From positions 22,834 through 86,833 of the forward strand of contig JBBABY010000005.1 in the NCBI GenBank assembly GCA_041657425.1: 64,000 bases of DNA. Reading direction: 5' to 3'. The notes under the pieces were generated by a model that saw only the letters and a program-made list of their open reading frames with translations, was not told the origin of the DNA and made no database searches. Shown piece by piece: positions 19,457 through 28,609 of this stretch. Origin of the DNA: an archaeon. GTDB lineage: Archaea > Iainarchaeota > Iainarchaeia > Iainarchaeales > CSSED10-239. A program made the translations under genes and the position numbers. How positions within the stretch are numbered: the stretch's first letter is position 1; each line of letters begins with the position of its first letter.

Positions 19457-21249
19457 TACATATCTTTTACTTCTTTTAAGATCTTTTTAATTTTCTCTTT
19501 AGCAATCATACAAACTGAACCAGGATATTCTGCTCTTAATCTTGAAATTTCAGAAGCAGTAAATATTTGTTCAATTGGTATAACTATTTGCTTAACCTTA
19601 TCAACATCTATGTGATTTAGATCTTTAATATTTAAAGTTCCTTTTGCATCAACATATGTTTTTACGTTTTGATTAGCCGTTGGTTTTTCTTCAATTTCTT
19701 CTTCTCTTGGCTTATTAAAGATTATATGTTCTGGAGCAGTGTTTGTTTTTTTAATTTCTTTTTTATTAATTATAACAGCACCTTTTTCTCTAAGTTCTCT
19801 TTGTTCTTGCCATAATTGTTTTGTTCTTTGTTGTCTTTCATCCAAAAAATCATCTTCTTCTGGATGTATATCAACAATATCAAGAGAAGCAATAGAATGA
19901 ACTTCACCAGTCTGTCCGTTTATTTGAACTTTATCTCCATCAAGTAATTGTTCTGTTCCAAATCTAGTTCCAACAATACATGGTTTATCAAGATCTTTAG
20001 TTATTACTGCTGCATGACATAATGAACTCCCAGCATTAGTAATTACTCCTCTAGCAATTCTCATTGCTCCAACCATGTCTTGATCAGTCATTGCAGTAAC
20101 AATAATTGATTCTGAATTAACTTTTTCAAGATCATTGTAATTCATAATGTTAACAACAATTCCATTAACTGTTCCGTTAGTTACTCCAACACCTTTAATT
20201 AATAATTCACTTTTAAAAGTATTAATTTTTTGTTGTCCACACTTTTTTGTTTTCTCTGCAGTATTTGGATTAACTGCTTCTGAGCCGATAATATAAACAT
20301 CAGCTTTATCAATAGCCCATTCAATTATCTGCGGTGTTCCAAAATATTCTTCTAGTTTTACTGCAGTGTTAGTTAAATCTTTAAGAACGTGAGTATTAAT
20401 TTTAGGTTTTTCTCTTTCGGATTCTTGAACTGCTTCTTTAGCCGTTGCACCTTTCATTCTTTTAAGTTCCCAGTCTTGTCTTGAAACTGTTTTACCAAGA
20501 GTCAAGTATGGTTTCTTTTGTGTTTCGTAATGATCAGGAGTAATTTCTTTAATAACATGAGCTGCTCCAAAACCATAGACTGCTTCAATAACAACAGTGT
20601 TTGGGTCAGTTGCACTTTTACTTGAAATTATTATTCCTGAAGACTTTGCATTAATCATATTTTGAATAATTATTCCAATTCCGAGTCTTTCAATATTAAT
20701 TTCTTTCTTGTGAGCATATTCTAAAACATCAGGACTATAAAGAACACCCCATGTTTCTTTAACTGCTTTAATCATTTCTGGCTTTCCTTTAATGTTTAAA
20801 GATCCGCCTTCTTCTTCAATAAATTTAGTATCACAAACTTCTCCGTCGTCACAAACAACAGAACATCTTATTGCAATATAAGCATCAGCACTGCTTGGAA
20901 GCCAACCACCAGTTGCATCTCCAAGTTTGCCATAATATTTATATAATTCAATTTCTGTTTCTTGATTTAATTTTCCTTTAACAATTAATTGTTTGATTTC
21001 GCTTGATTTAGTTTCAATATCTTCTCTATCACTATAATTTATACTTCTTAAAATTTCAACAATCTTTGGTTTTAAATTATTCATTTGTACAAAATTGAAA
21101 AATTCAGTAGCAGTAACAACAAAACCTCTAGGAACCGTTATCCCTGTGATTGCAAGTTGAGCAAGTCTAGCTGCTTTTCTCCCAATTGTTCTAGAATCAG
21201 TTGAACCAAGTTCTTTAAGCCATCGTATGTTTTCGTAATCCATTCCCAT
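19456..21249 (-). CDS. PEP synthase/pyruvate phosphate dikinase-like protein (ATP-grasp N-domain plus phosphohistidine swivel domain, lacking the PEP/pyruvate TIM-barrel domain)
   Basis: PPDK_N-like N-terminus (TIGRKAARLAQL, GITVPRGFVVT) and mobile-domain motif NAGSSLCHAAVITKDLDKPCIVG; C-terminal 150 aa unrelated. Confidence 0.65.
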   Translation of the reverse strand: MGMDYENIRWLKELGSTDSRTIGRKAARLAQLAITGITVPRGFVVTATEFFNFVQMNNLKPKIVEILRSINYSDREDIETKSSEIKQLIVKGKLNQETEIELYKYYGKLGDATGGWLPSSADAYIAIRCSVVCDDGEVCDTKFIEEEGGSLNIKGKPEMIKAVKETWGVLYSPDVLEYAHKKEINIERLGIGIIIQNMINAKSSGIIISSKSATDPNTVVIEAVYGFGAAHVIKEITPDHYETQKKPYLTLGKTVSRQDWELKRMKGATAKEAVQESEREKPKINTHVLKDLTNTAVKLEEYFGTPQIIEWAIDKADVYIIGSEAVNPNTAEKTKKCGQQKINTFKSELLIKGVGVTNGTVNGIVVNIMNYNDLEKVNSESIIVTAMTDQDMVGAMRIARGVITNAGSSLCHAAVITKDLDKPCIVGTRFGTEQLLDGDKVQINGQTGEVHSIASLDIVDIHPEEDDFLDERQQRTKQLWQEQRELREKGAVIINKKEIKKTNTAPEHIIFNKPREEEIEEKPTANQNVKTYVDAKGTLNIKDLNHIDVDKVKQIVIPIEQIFTASEISRLRAEYPGSVCMIAKEKIKKILKEVKDM

Positions 21250-21334
21250 AATAATTCACATATTTTTAATTTAATCCCAATAATATAATATATATTCTTT
21301 TTAAATCCTTTTTGGTTAAGAAAATGAAATTCCG

Positions 21335-21359
21335 CACTGGACAGCTACCCCCCCGAAAA
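21335..21359 (+). promoter_or_regulatory. GC-rich motif CACTGGACAGCTACCCCC(CC)GAAAA upstream of radA (copy 1)
   Basis: 18-nt core identical to 61187..61204; GC-rich in an AT-rich intergenic region about 80 bp upstream of radA. Confidence 0.4.
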
Positions 21360-21436
21360 TACCCCCCTTTTGAAAAACAATAGTATTATTACCCAAAATA
21401 AAAGGGTTTAAAAGAATAAAAGGAGAGTAGATATTT

Positions 21437-22456
21437 ATGAAGAAGGTAAAGAAGGAAGATAATATGGATGAAGAATTTACTAATGAAGAAGTTTCTGAAA
21501 ATACAGTTGTAGAACCAGGAAAGAATATGTCAATAACTGATTTGCCAGGTATTGGTCCAGCTTCTGCTGAAAAACTTTTAGCTGGGGGTTATGATTCTTT
21601 AGAAGCTATAGCTGTAGCTTCACCTAGTGAACTTGTTGCAGTTGCTGGTATTGGAGAAGGAACTGCAATTAAAGCAATTAAGGCAGCAAGGGATTCATTA
21701 GAAATGGGTTACGAAACTGCAGAAAAGATACTTGACAGAAGAAAATTAATAGCAAGAGTTTCAACTGGTTCAAAGGAGCTTGATGAATTGTTAGGTGGAG
21801 GAATAGAAAGTCAATCAATCACAGAAGTCTATGGAATGTATGCTTCTGGAAAATCACAATGGTGTTTTCAATTATGTGTAATTGCGCAAATGCCTACAGA
21901 GAAGGGTGGGTTAAATGGAGGAGTTCTTTACATTGATACAGAAAACTCATTTAGACCTGAAAGAGTAGCGCAGATTGCAAAGTACAGAGGGCTTGATCCT
22001 GAAGAAGTTATGAAAAATATTTTTGTAGCAAGAGCGTTTAATAGTAATCATCAAATGCTTTTAGCAGATAAGGCGCAAGAACTAATTAAAGAAAAAAATA
22101 TTAAACTTGTAATTGTTGATTCCTTAACAAGTCAATTTCGTTCAGAATTTGTTGGTAGAGGTCAGTTATCAGACAGACAACAAAAACTAAATACTCATAT
22201 GAGATTACTTCAAAAGCTTGCAGAGCTTTATAATGTTGTTGTGTTTGTAACAAACCAAGTAATGTCAAGACCTGATGTTTTGTTTGGAGATCCAACAGAT
22301 GCTATTGGTGGTAACATCGTTAAGCACGCTTCAAAAACAAGAATCTATTTAAGAAAGAGTTCAGGGTCTAAAAGAATTGCAAAGCTAGTAGATTCTCCAA
22401 GCTTACCAGATGGCGAAGCAGTATATCAAGTTACAGAAAATGGAATCACAGATTAG
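21437..22456 (+). CDS. radA: DNA repair and recombination protein RadA
   Basis: N-terminal HhH ([13 protein letters not shown]), Walker A region [14 protein letters not shown], RecA-fold core. Confidence 0.9.
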   Translation: MKKVKKEDNMDEEFTNEEVSENTVVEPGKNMSITDLPGIGPASAEKLLAGGYDSLEAIAVASPSELVAVAGIGEGTAIKAIKAARDSLEMGYETAEKILDRRKLIARVSTGSKELDELLGGGIESQSITEVYGMYASGKSQWCFQLCVIAQMPTEKGGLNGGVLYIDTENSFRPERVAQIAKYRGLDPEEVMKNIFVARAFNSNHQMLLADKAQELIKEKNIKLVIVDSLTSQFRSEFVGRGQLSDRQQKLNTHMRLLQKLAELYNVVVFVTNQVMSRPDVLFGDPTDAIGGNIVKHASKTRIYLRKSSGSKRIAKLVDSPSLPDGEAVYQVTENGITD

Positions 22457-22535
22457 ATTCCTTTTTCGTTTTCTATTTTTTATTTGACTTAATATGTATG
22501 CATTATAATTCGATATTGATTGGAATAAGTATTTT

Positions 22536-22757
22536 TTGGCATTACCTGAAGACATTAAAATTCGTGTCTTAAAAAAGATAGATAATATTCTCCAAGAACC
22601 TCATAAAAGACACCTAGAAGGTTCTACTAAATATTTTGTAGCAGAAGTTAGTCAATATAGATTAACATATTTCGTATATGAAAATATTTTATTAGTTAAA
22701 TTTTATTTTGTAGGAAAACATAAAGAATATGAAAAATGGTATAAATCATTTTTTTGA
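22536..22757 (+). CDS. RelE/ParE-family toxin (orphan)
   Basis: C-terminal region YRLTYFVYENILLVKFYFVGKHKEY matches the RelE/ParE fold pattern; TTG start; no co-oriented antitoxin. Confidence 0.5.
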   Translation: MALPEDIKIRVLKKIDNILQEPHKRHLEGSTKYFVAEVSQYRLTYFVYENILLVKFYFVGKHKEYEKWYKSFF

Positions 22758-23021
22758 TTTTGTATTCCTGTAAGGATAAGTAATATATTTAGCATAATCT
22801 CCTAGTGCTTCTTCAGGAGTCAAAGTCTTTCTTTTCCCTAGTTTCACTTGCTCCTCTATATATGCAATTTTTCTATTTACCATCTCAATTTCAATGTCTT
22901 GTTTGCTTTTACCAAAAGAGATTATTGCAAGTCTTATTGCTTCTGATTTAGTTGAGGCATAACCTTCTTCAATCATTTTATTTAAGATTTTTTCAGTAAT
23001 TCCAGTTATTGTTACATTCAT
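22746..23021 (-). CDS. ribbon-helix-helix (CopG/VapB-like) DNA-binding protein
   Basis: N-terminal MNVTITGITEKILNKMIEEGYASTKSEAIRLAI is a typical RHH; convergent with the RelE-like ORF and overlaps its 3' end. Confidence 0.5.
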   Translation of the reverse strand: MNVTITGITEKILNKMIEEGYASTKSEAIRLAIISFGKSKQDIEIEMVNRKIAYIEEQVKLGKRKTLTPEEALGDYAKYITYPYRNTKSKK

Positions 23022-23084
23022 ATTATCACAATATAATATAGAATAAAAATATATTTAAATGATTCGTTTTGAATCAAAAATGAA

Positions 23085-23966
23085 TCACGGTGTTTTTCTT
23101 TTAATATCTAATCCAAATGCATGTACAAATTTACCGTAGTTATTTTCTGGTTCAAATTCTTTTGCTTTATCTTTGTATTCAAATATCTTTTCTTTTCTTT
23201 TTTCTAAATTATCATTGCAAATAATTCCTGGGCCACCAATACATCCGCCCTTACAAAAAAGAATATCTACAAATCTTATTTTTTTATTTTGTTTAAGATT
23301 AGTCATTGCTTTTGCTATGCAATCAGGGCCATCACAAACAATCACTTCGTCAAGATTAAGAATGTCTTTAGTAATCATGGAACTTGCAACTCCTCCGCCA
23401 AGAGGATAAATCTTAGTTACATCATTATAGAATTTATCAAACTCATTATTTTCTTTTGTATCAGATATTTTTTTTAATTTCCCAAGTTCTTCAAGATAAT
23501 CATAAATTTCAACAAGTTCTTTAAAAGTTAAAGCAAAATCTATGCAATCTGGGTTTTCTTTAGCTTCATTTTTTTTTGCAAAACACGGGCCAACAAAGAT
23601 TGTTTTATATTCTTCTCCAAATTCTCGCTTAACAAATCTAGCCATCACAACCATTGGTGAAGCAACATCAAGCAATTTATCTTTGTGTTCTGGATATTGG
23701 TTTTCCACAAGTTTAATTATGGTTGGGCAGTTCCCACAAATGTATTGTTTTTCAGGATTATCATTAATTACATCAATGTAACGATAATTAATAAGTTTAG
23801 CTGCATAAGTAAGTTCCATAATTTTTGAGAAACCCATAGTTCTTAAATCTGAGATGATATTTGGGAATTCAAAATCCACAGGAAAGCTTGGCGCCAAAAG
23901 GCAAATTGTTTTCTGTGTGTTTAAGACTTCTGCAACTTCTTTTAATTCTTCGTTCATTTGTTTCAC
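23085..23966 (-). CDS. minimal [FeFe]-hydrogenase H-domain homolog (Fe_hyd_lg_C-like)
   Basis: H-cluster motifs present: LAPS (APAVR-like), L1 ICGNCP...ENQYPE, SP motif, L2 GPCFAKKNE, L3 FCKGGCIGGPG; Asn occupies the proton-relay Cys position; no F-cluster domain. Confidence 0.65.
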   Translation of the reverse strand: MKQMNEELKEVAEVLNTQKTICLLAPSFPVDFEFPNIISDLRTMGFSKIMELTYAAKLINYRYIDVINDNPEKQYICGNCPTIIKLVENQYPEHKDKLLDVASPMVVMARFVKREFGEEYKTIFVGPCFAKKNEAKENPDCIDFALTFKELVEIYDYLEELGKLKKISDTKENNEFDKFYNDVTKIYPLGGGVASSMITKDILNLDEVIVCDGPDCIAKAMTNLKQNKKIRFVDILFCKGGCIGGPGIICNDNLEKRKEKIFEYKDKAKEFEPENNYGKFVHAFGLDIKRKTP

Positions 23967-24955
23967 TTCTTTTCAATTATAAAATTATCTACTTTTGAAT
24001 TTTTGTTTTTTAAAAGAATGATTCTTGATGGTTTACAGCTATCAGAGATTTTAAAATCCTTTGAAACTTTTTCTAATTCTTTTGCATAATTCATACATTC
24101 ATCAAAGCTTGGCATGTTTTCAATGGCCATGGTTTTTCTAGAATATCCTAAAAACATGTAAGATTTAATTTCAATAAAATCTGTTTTTGATTTTTCAAAA
24201 ATTTTTATAAATTCTGGAAGGTATTTTAGGTCATCGTTAAGTCCCTTAATCAACGTAAATCTAATGACTTTTCTACATTTTAGTTTTGGAAAAATATCAA
24301 TTGTTTTCATTAATCTTTCCCAAGAGTCTTTGATTTTTGGTCTATTGATTTTTAAATGTAATTCTTTATTAGGAGCTACAAAAGAAAGATATAGTTGAGT
24401 AGGAAGTGCTTTATTTTTATTAAGTTTTTCGAGATTTTCTGGTTCTAGTCCATTAGTCACAACAAAAATAGTTTTAATTTCTTTTCGGGATTTCAGTTCA
24501 AGAATCATTTTGTCAAGATCCTTGTATATTGTTGGTTCTCCAGAAAGAGATATTGCAACATGACTTGGAATCTCTGCTTCTTTTAGTTTTTTTTTATCCA
24601 CTTTTTTAAATCCACCAAAGCCAGACAATAATTTTTTTCTTTCTGCAAATAATCCATCAATAATTTCTTTAGGATCATCATAGTCGCTTTCTGAAAATTT
24701 ATCTACAGTCATATATTCTGCAGGCCTCCAACAAAATATACAATTATTATGGCACCAAAGAACTGTTGGAGTAATTTGTGCACATCTGTGGCATTCAACA
24801 TTATAGAAATGTTCTTTATAGCAAACCCCTTCTCCTCTAATTGCTTTTTTATTCCATTCACATATTTCAACTGCGGAGTGTTTGCCAAAAATCCCATAAT
24901 GTTTATGTTTTAGATCATCAATAATTTCTTTTTTAATTAATTCTTTAGTTACCAT
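23963..24955 (-). CDS. taw1: tRNA wyosine biosynthesis radical-SAM enzyme TYW1/Taw1
   Basis: Radical-SAM CHNNCIFCWRP (CxxxCxxC) plus N-terminal Cys cluster (CYKEHFYNVECHRC); overlaps the hydrogenase-like gene by 4 nt. Confidence 0.75.
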   Translation of the reverse strand: MVTKELIKKEIIDDLKHKHYGIFGKHSAVEICEWNKKAIRGEGVCYKEHFYNVECHRCAQITPTVLWCHNNCIFCWRPAEYMTVDKFSESDYDDPKEIIDGLFAERKKLLSGFGGFKKVDKKKLKEAEIPSHVAISLSGEPTIYKDLDKMILELKSRKEIKTIFVVTNGLEPENLEKLNKNKALPTQLYLSFVAPNKELHLKINRPKIKDSWERLMKTIDIFPKLKCRKVIRFTLIKGLNDDLKYLPEFIKIFEKSKTDFIEIKSYMFLGYSRKTMAIENMPSFDECMNYAKELEKVSKDFKISDSCKPSRIILLKNKNSKVDNFIIEKK

Positions 24956-25054
24956 ATAAAAAACACTTATTTTTAATTGTTATTATTCTATATATAGTAT
25001 AAATATACAATTTTTATAGTTAAGCTTATAGGCATAAAACAAAAAGGTGAAAGA

Positions 25055-26149
25055 ATGAAAAAGCATGAAGAGCATAAACCAGTTCATAAAGCAATAGTTC
25101 ATAAAGAACTAGCACATAAAGAACACGCAGTGCATCACACACACGACAAAAAGAAAAAATTTCTAATGGTGGGGATTGCAGTTTTAATAGTTTTAATTAT
25201 TGGAATTATTGTTGCAACAATAGTGTTAACAAAAACTACAAAAGTAACAGATACACAAGATTTAGTTGTACCAGTTACTCCAGTAGTTGATACTACCACA
25301 ATTGTAACCCCTCCAATAACAGGCGCAAATTTAACATTAGATGATTTTAAAGTAAGATATGAATCATTAATGTTAAAAAATAATGAATTAAATGCAAAGA
25401 TTCAACCCGAATTTTTAATTGAATTAGATATTGCTCAAAAACCAGTTTTTGATGCAATCACTACAAAATTAAATTTAAATAAATCACAAATGGATAGTTG
25501 TCTTGCAAGCAATAATCAATTAAGTGAAATATTCAATCCAGAAACCGCAGATATATTAAAGAAAATATATTTAGATACTCAATTTGGGCAATCAATTGGA
25601 GTAAGTGGAACACCAGCAATATTAGTTAACGGACAATTAGTTGGCGGATATGTCGCATATACAGATCTTAAGAAAGCAATTGATGATGCAATAGACGGTA
25701 ACGTTGTTATAGACGAGCTATATGATGCAAACGATACTTACTTTGGTGTAAAAAACGCAAAAGTAGTTGTTTATTTATTCTCAGACTATTACTGTAGCTA
25801 TTGTAAGAAACTTGCAGAAGAATCAATTACTCTTTTAAAAACAGAATATATTAATACAAACAAAATTAAGTTCGTACCAAAGGATTTTATTAGAGTAGAA
25901 CCATCTGCAGCAATATATGCTAGATGTGCACAAGAACAAAATAAATACTTTGAAGCAGAAGCAGAATTGTTTAGTAATTCTGAAACACTTTCAAGTAATT
26001 TAGACGCAGCACAAACAAAAATAACAGACAAATATTCTACAGAAATAAACGAATTTGAAGCAGAAGTTGCAATTCTTCAAAAATGGAGTGAAGAGAATCC
26101 AGAAGAATTTAAACTATTTCAAGAGTCATTAAACGCACAAGCACAATAA
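25055..26149 (+). CDS. membrane-anchored DsbA/thioredoxin-like protein with His-rich N-terminus
   Basis: N-terminal His/Lys-rich stretch, one TM segment, then thioredoxin-like halves (GVSGTPAILVNGQLVGG; CxxC motif YCSYCKKL). Confidence 0.55.
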   Translation: MKKHEEHKPVHKAIVHKELAHKEHAVHHTHDKKKKFLMVGIAVLIVLIIGIIVATIVLTKTTKVTDTQDLVVPVTPVVDTTTIVTPPITGANLTLDDFKVRYESLMLKNNELNAKIQPEFLIELDIAQKPVFDAITTKLNLNKSQMDSCLASNNQLSEIFNPETADILKKIYLDTQFGQSIGVSGTPAILVNGQLVGGYVAYTDLKKAIDDAIDGNVVIDELYDANDTYFGVKNAKVVVYLFSDYYCSYCKKLAEESITLLKTEYINTNKIKFVPKDFIRVEPSAAIYARCAQEQNKYFEAEAELFSNSETLSSNLDAAQTKITDKYSTEINEFEAEVAILQKWSEENPEEFKLFQESLNAQAQ

Positions 26150-26220
26150 TTTGTGCTTTCTGTTCTCTTTTTATTTATTTTCTTTTCTAATTCTATTATA
26201 TAACCACATAAATATATTGT

Positions 26221-26293
26221 GGGCCCGTGGCCTAGTGGATAGGGCAACAGCCTTCTAAGCTGTGGGTCGAGGGTTCAAATCCCTCCGGGCTCG
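26221..26293 (+). tRNA. tRNA-Arg (TCT)
   Basis: Acceptor GGGCCCG/CGGGCTC (one GU), anticodon stem ACAGC/GCTGT, loop CTTCTAA, T-loop TTCAAAT. Confidence 0.85.
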
Positions 26294-26311
26294 CTTTAAA
26301 GGTAATGAACT

Positions 26312-28015
26312 ATGATAAACTTTAAAGAGCAGTTTGCAATTAATATTTCAAAGATATTAAATAAAGATAAAGACGAAATATTTAAATTTATAGAACAACC
26401 GCCTGATTTTTCTTTAGGAGACTTGTCTTTTCCGTGTTTTTCTTTATCAAAGGAGTTAAAGAAATCTCCACAAGACATTGCAAAAGAATTAACTGAGAAA
26501 TTACAAAAAGAAAAGCAAGACACATTTGAATACTTCTCAGTCAATGGTTATATTAATCTTAGAATTTCTCATAACCAACTTTACAAAGAAACTATAACTG
26601 AAGTTTTAAAAGAAAAAGAAAATTATGGTAAACCTAAAATAATTACAAAAGAACAATATGTTATTGATACATTTAATGCAAATCCATTTAAGACTCTTCA
26701 CGTGGGTCACTTAAGAATGATTGTTGGTGGAGATTCTATTTCTCGTTTATTAGCATTTAGTGGTTATGATCCTAAACCAGTTTATTATGGTGGAGATGTA
26801 GGAACTCATGTTGCTAAATGGTATTGGTATTATACAAAATATTTAACAGATAAACAAAGAGAAATTCCAAAAACAAATGTAGCAAAATGGTTTGGAGAAA
26901 TTTATCTTAAAGCTGGAGAAAAAGCAAAATCAGAAAGTAATTCAACTGAAGAGATAGACGAACTTCAAAAAGAAATACTAACTAATAGAGATTTACAAAT
27001 AACTATTGCAAAATTAAGAGATAGTTGTTTTCAAGCATATATGCAAGTCAAAGATGAATTAAAAGTAACTCTTATAGATAAGATATTTGAAAGTGAAAGT
27101 GAAAAAAAGTTTTTAGAAATAAAAGATGATTTAATTAAAAAACACAAGGACGTAATTACAGAAAGTCAAGACGCAGTAATTGCTGATTTAAAAGACCAGA
27201 AATTAGATGTAATTGTTTTGATTAAAAAGAATGGAGCACCACTTTACGGTGCAAAAGATATCGCATTAGTTCAAGTAAAGCAACAAAAATTTCCAAAATG
27301 TAATCATTTTATTTACGTGGTTGGAGCAGAACAAGATTTTTACTTTAAGCAATTATTTGCTTTATTTTCAGACATCTATCCAAACACAACTCATGAACAT
27401 ATTTCTTTAGGCATGGTTAATCTTTCAACAGGGAAGATGGCTTCTCGTGCTGGTGGCATGATACTTTATGAGGACTTAAGAGATATGTTAAAAGAAAAAG
27501 CAAAAGAAATATTAATTGAAAACAATTTAGAGATTGATAATGAGATAATAAACAAGATAGTATTTGGAACAATTAAGTTTGAAATGTTAAAGATTGGTTT
27601 TAATAAAACATTTGTGTTTGATATAAACTCAGCCCTTGATCTTCAAGGGGATTCTTCAGTGTATGTACAATACAGTGGAGTAAGAGCAAAAAGCATTTTA
27701 AGAAAAGTTAGTGCAATTTCAGACACCACAGAAATAAAGCCTATACAGTTAGAAGACGACGAGCATAAATTACTAAACTTAATTTATCAATTTTCAAATA
27801 AAGTAGAATATGCAACCAAAGAAAGAAAACCAAACATCATCGCAAGTTATTGTTTAGATCTTTCTCATACTTTTAATAAATTTTACACTAACTGTCAAGT
27901 AATTAATGAAGCCAAAAATATTAAAAATCAAAGGCTGTTATTGATTAAAGCATATTTGCAATGTTTAGAAAATGCTTTAGATTTATTAGGAATAGAAATT
28001 CCGGAGAAAATGTAG
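26312..28015 (+). CDS. argS: arginyl-tRNA synthetase
   Basis: Class I HIGH motif (HVGHLR), N-terminal Arg_tRNA_synt_N-like region, C-terminal DALR anticodon-binding domain. Confidence 0.88.
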   Translation: MINFKEQFAINISKILNKDKDEIFKFIEQPPDFSLGDLSFPCFSLSKELKKSPQDIAKELTEKLQKEKQDTFEYFSVNGYINLRISHNQLYKETITEVLKEKENYGKPKIITKEQYVIDTFNANPFKTLHVGHLRMIVGGDSISRLLAFSGYDPKPVYYGGDVGTHVAKWYWYYTKYLTDKQREIPKTNVAKWFGEIYLKAGEKAKSESNSTEEIDELQKEILTNRDLQITIAKLRDSCFQAYMQVKDELKVTLIDKIFESESEKKFLEIKDDLIKKHKDVITESQDAVIADLKDQKLDVIVLIKKNGAPLYGAKDIALVQVKQQKFPKCNHFIYVVGAEQDFYFKQLFALFSDIYPNTTHEHISLGMVNLSTGKMASRAGGMILYEDLRDMLKEKAKEILIENNLEIDNEIINKIVFGTIKFEMLKIGFNKTFVFDINSALDLQGDSSVYVQYSGVRAKSILRKVSAISDTTEIKPIQLEDDEHKLLNLIYQFSNKVEYATKERKPNIIASYCLDLSHTFNKFYTNCQVINEAKNIKNQRLLLIKAYLQCLENALDLLGIEIPEKM

Positions 28016-28609
28016 ATGAAAGATAAATATACAGATGTTGTTTCAATTGATTTGTTTAAGACAAGCGGCGTTCCAGAAATCCTTGCACAATTAGATCTAG
28101 AAACAATATATGTTTTAAAGAATGTAAAAAAAAAAGAAGACGTTGATTTCCCATTACCTTCCAGAAAGCAATTCAAAAAAGCACTTTTGTTTTCAGATCT
28201 TGCCTTACTTAATACATGTAAATCAATTATTCCAAAAAACACATTAATTCTTGGACAAGGTGGCTCGCTTCAATCCAATATAAATATATTATCAAACAAA
28301 TCTCCAATCCATCTTTTCGACCCAATAGGTCAAGAGACCTGTATTGACGAAGGCCAATGTAGGATTGCACATCAAAACAAGAAAATTGTATTTTTCAATT
28401 TAGACCAGATAAGAAACAATCAATACAAGGCAATAAAGCAAATGTCTTTTGCCATAGGGTTATTAAAAAAGCACAATGTAGAAATGAGGTTTATGACTTT
28501 AGCGAAAAGACCAGAAGATCTAGTTGATCCAATAATTCTTCAAAACTTTCTAAAAAATTTTAATTTAGAAAAATCATTTACAAAAAGAATATTACAAGAA
28601 AAAATATGA
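28016..28609 (+). CDS. rnp3: RNase P protein subunit Rpp30 (Rnp3)
   Basis: Size and C-terminal motif FMTLAKRPEDL resemble the Rpp30 SSA...RxPxDL; position upstream of pop5/psmA as in the archaeal superoperon. Confidence 0.55.
   Translation: MKDKYTDVVSIDLFKTSGVPEILAQLDLETIYVLKNVKKKEDVDFPLPSRKQFKKALLFSDLALLNTCKSIIPKNTLILGQGGSLQSNINILSNKSPIHLFDPIGQETCIDEGQCRIAHQNKKIVFFNLDQIRNNQYKAIKQMSFAIGLLKKHNVEMRFMTLAKRPEDLVDPIILQNFLKNFNLEKSFTKRILQEKI

Noticed and set aside
23963-24955. Radical-SAM gene as a HydE/HydG hydrogenase maturase
   Set aside because: Its motifs (N-terminal CX12CX12C cluster plus CHNNCIFCWRP) and length match TYW1/Taw1, not HydE or HydG. There is also no HydF GTPase.
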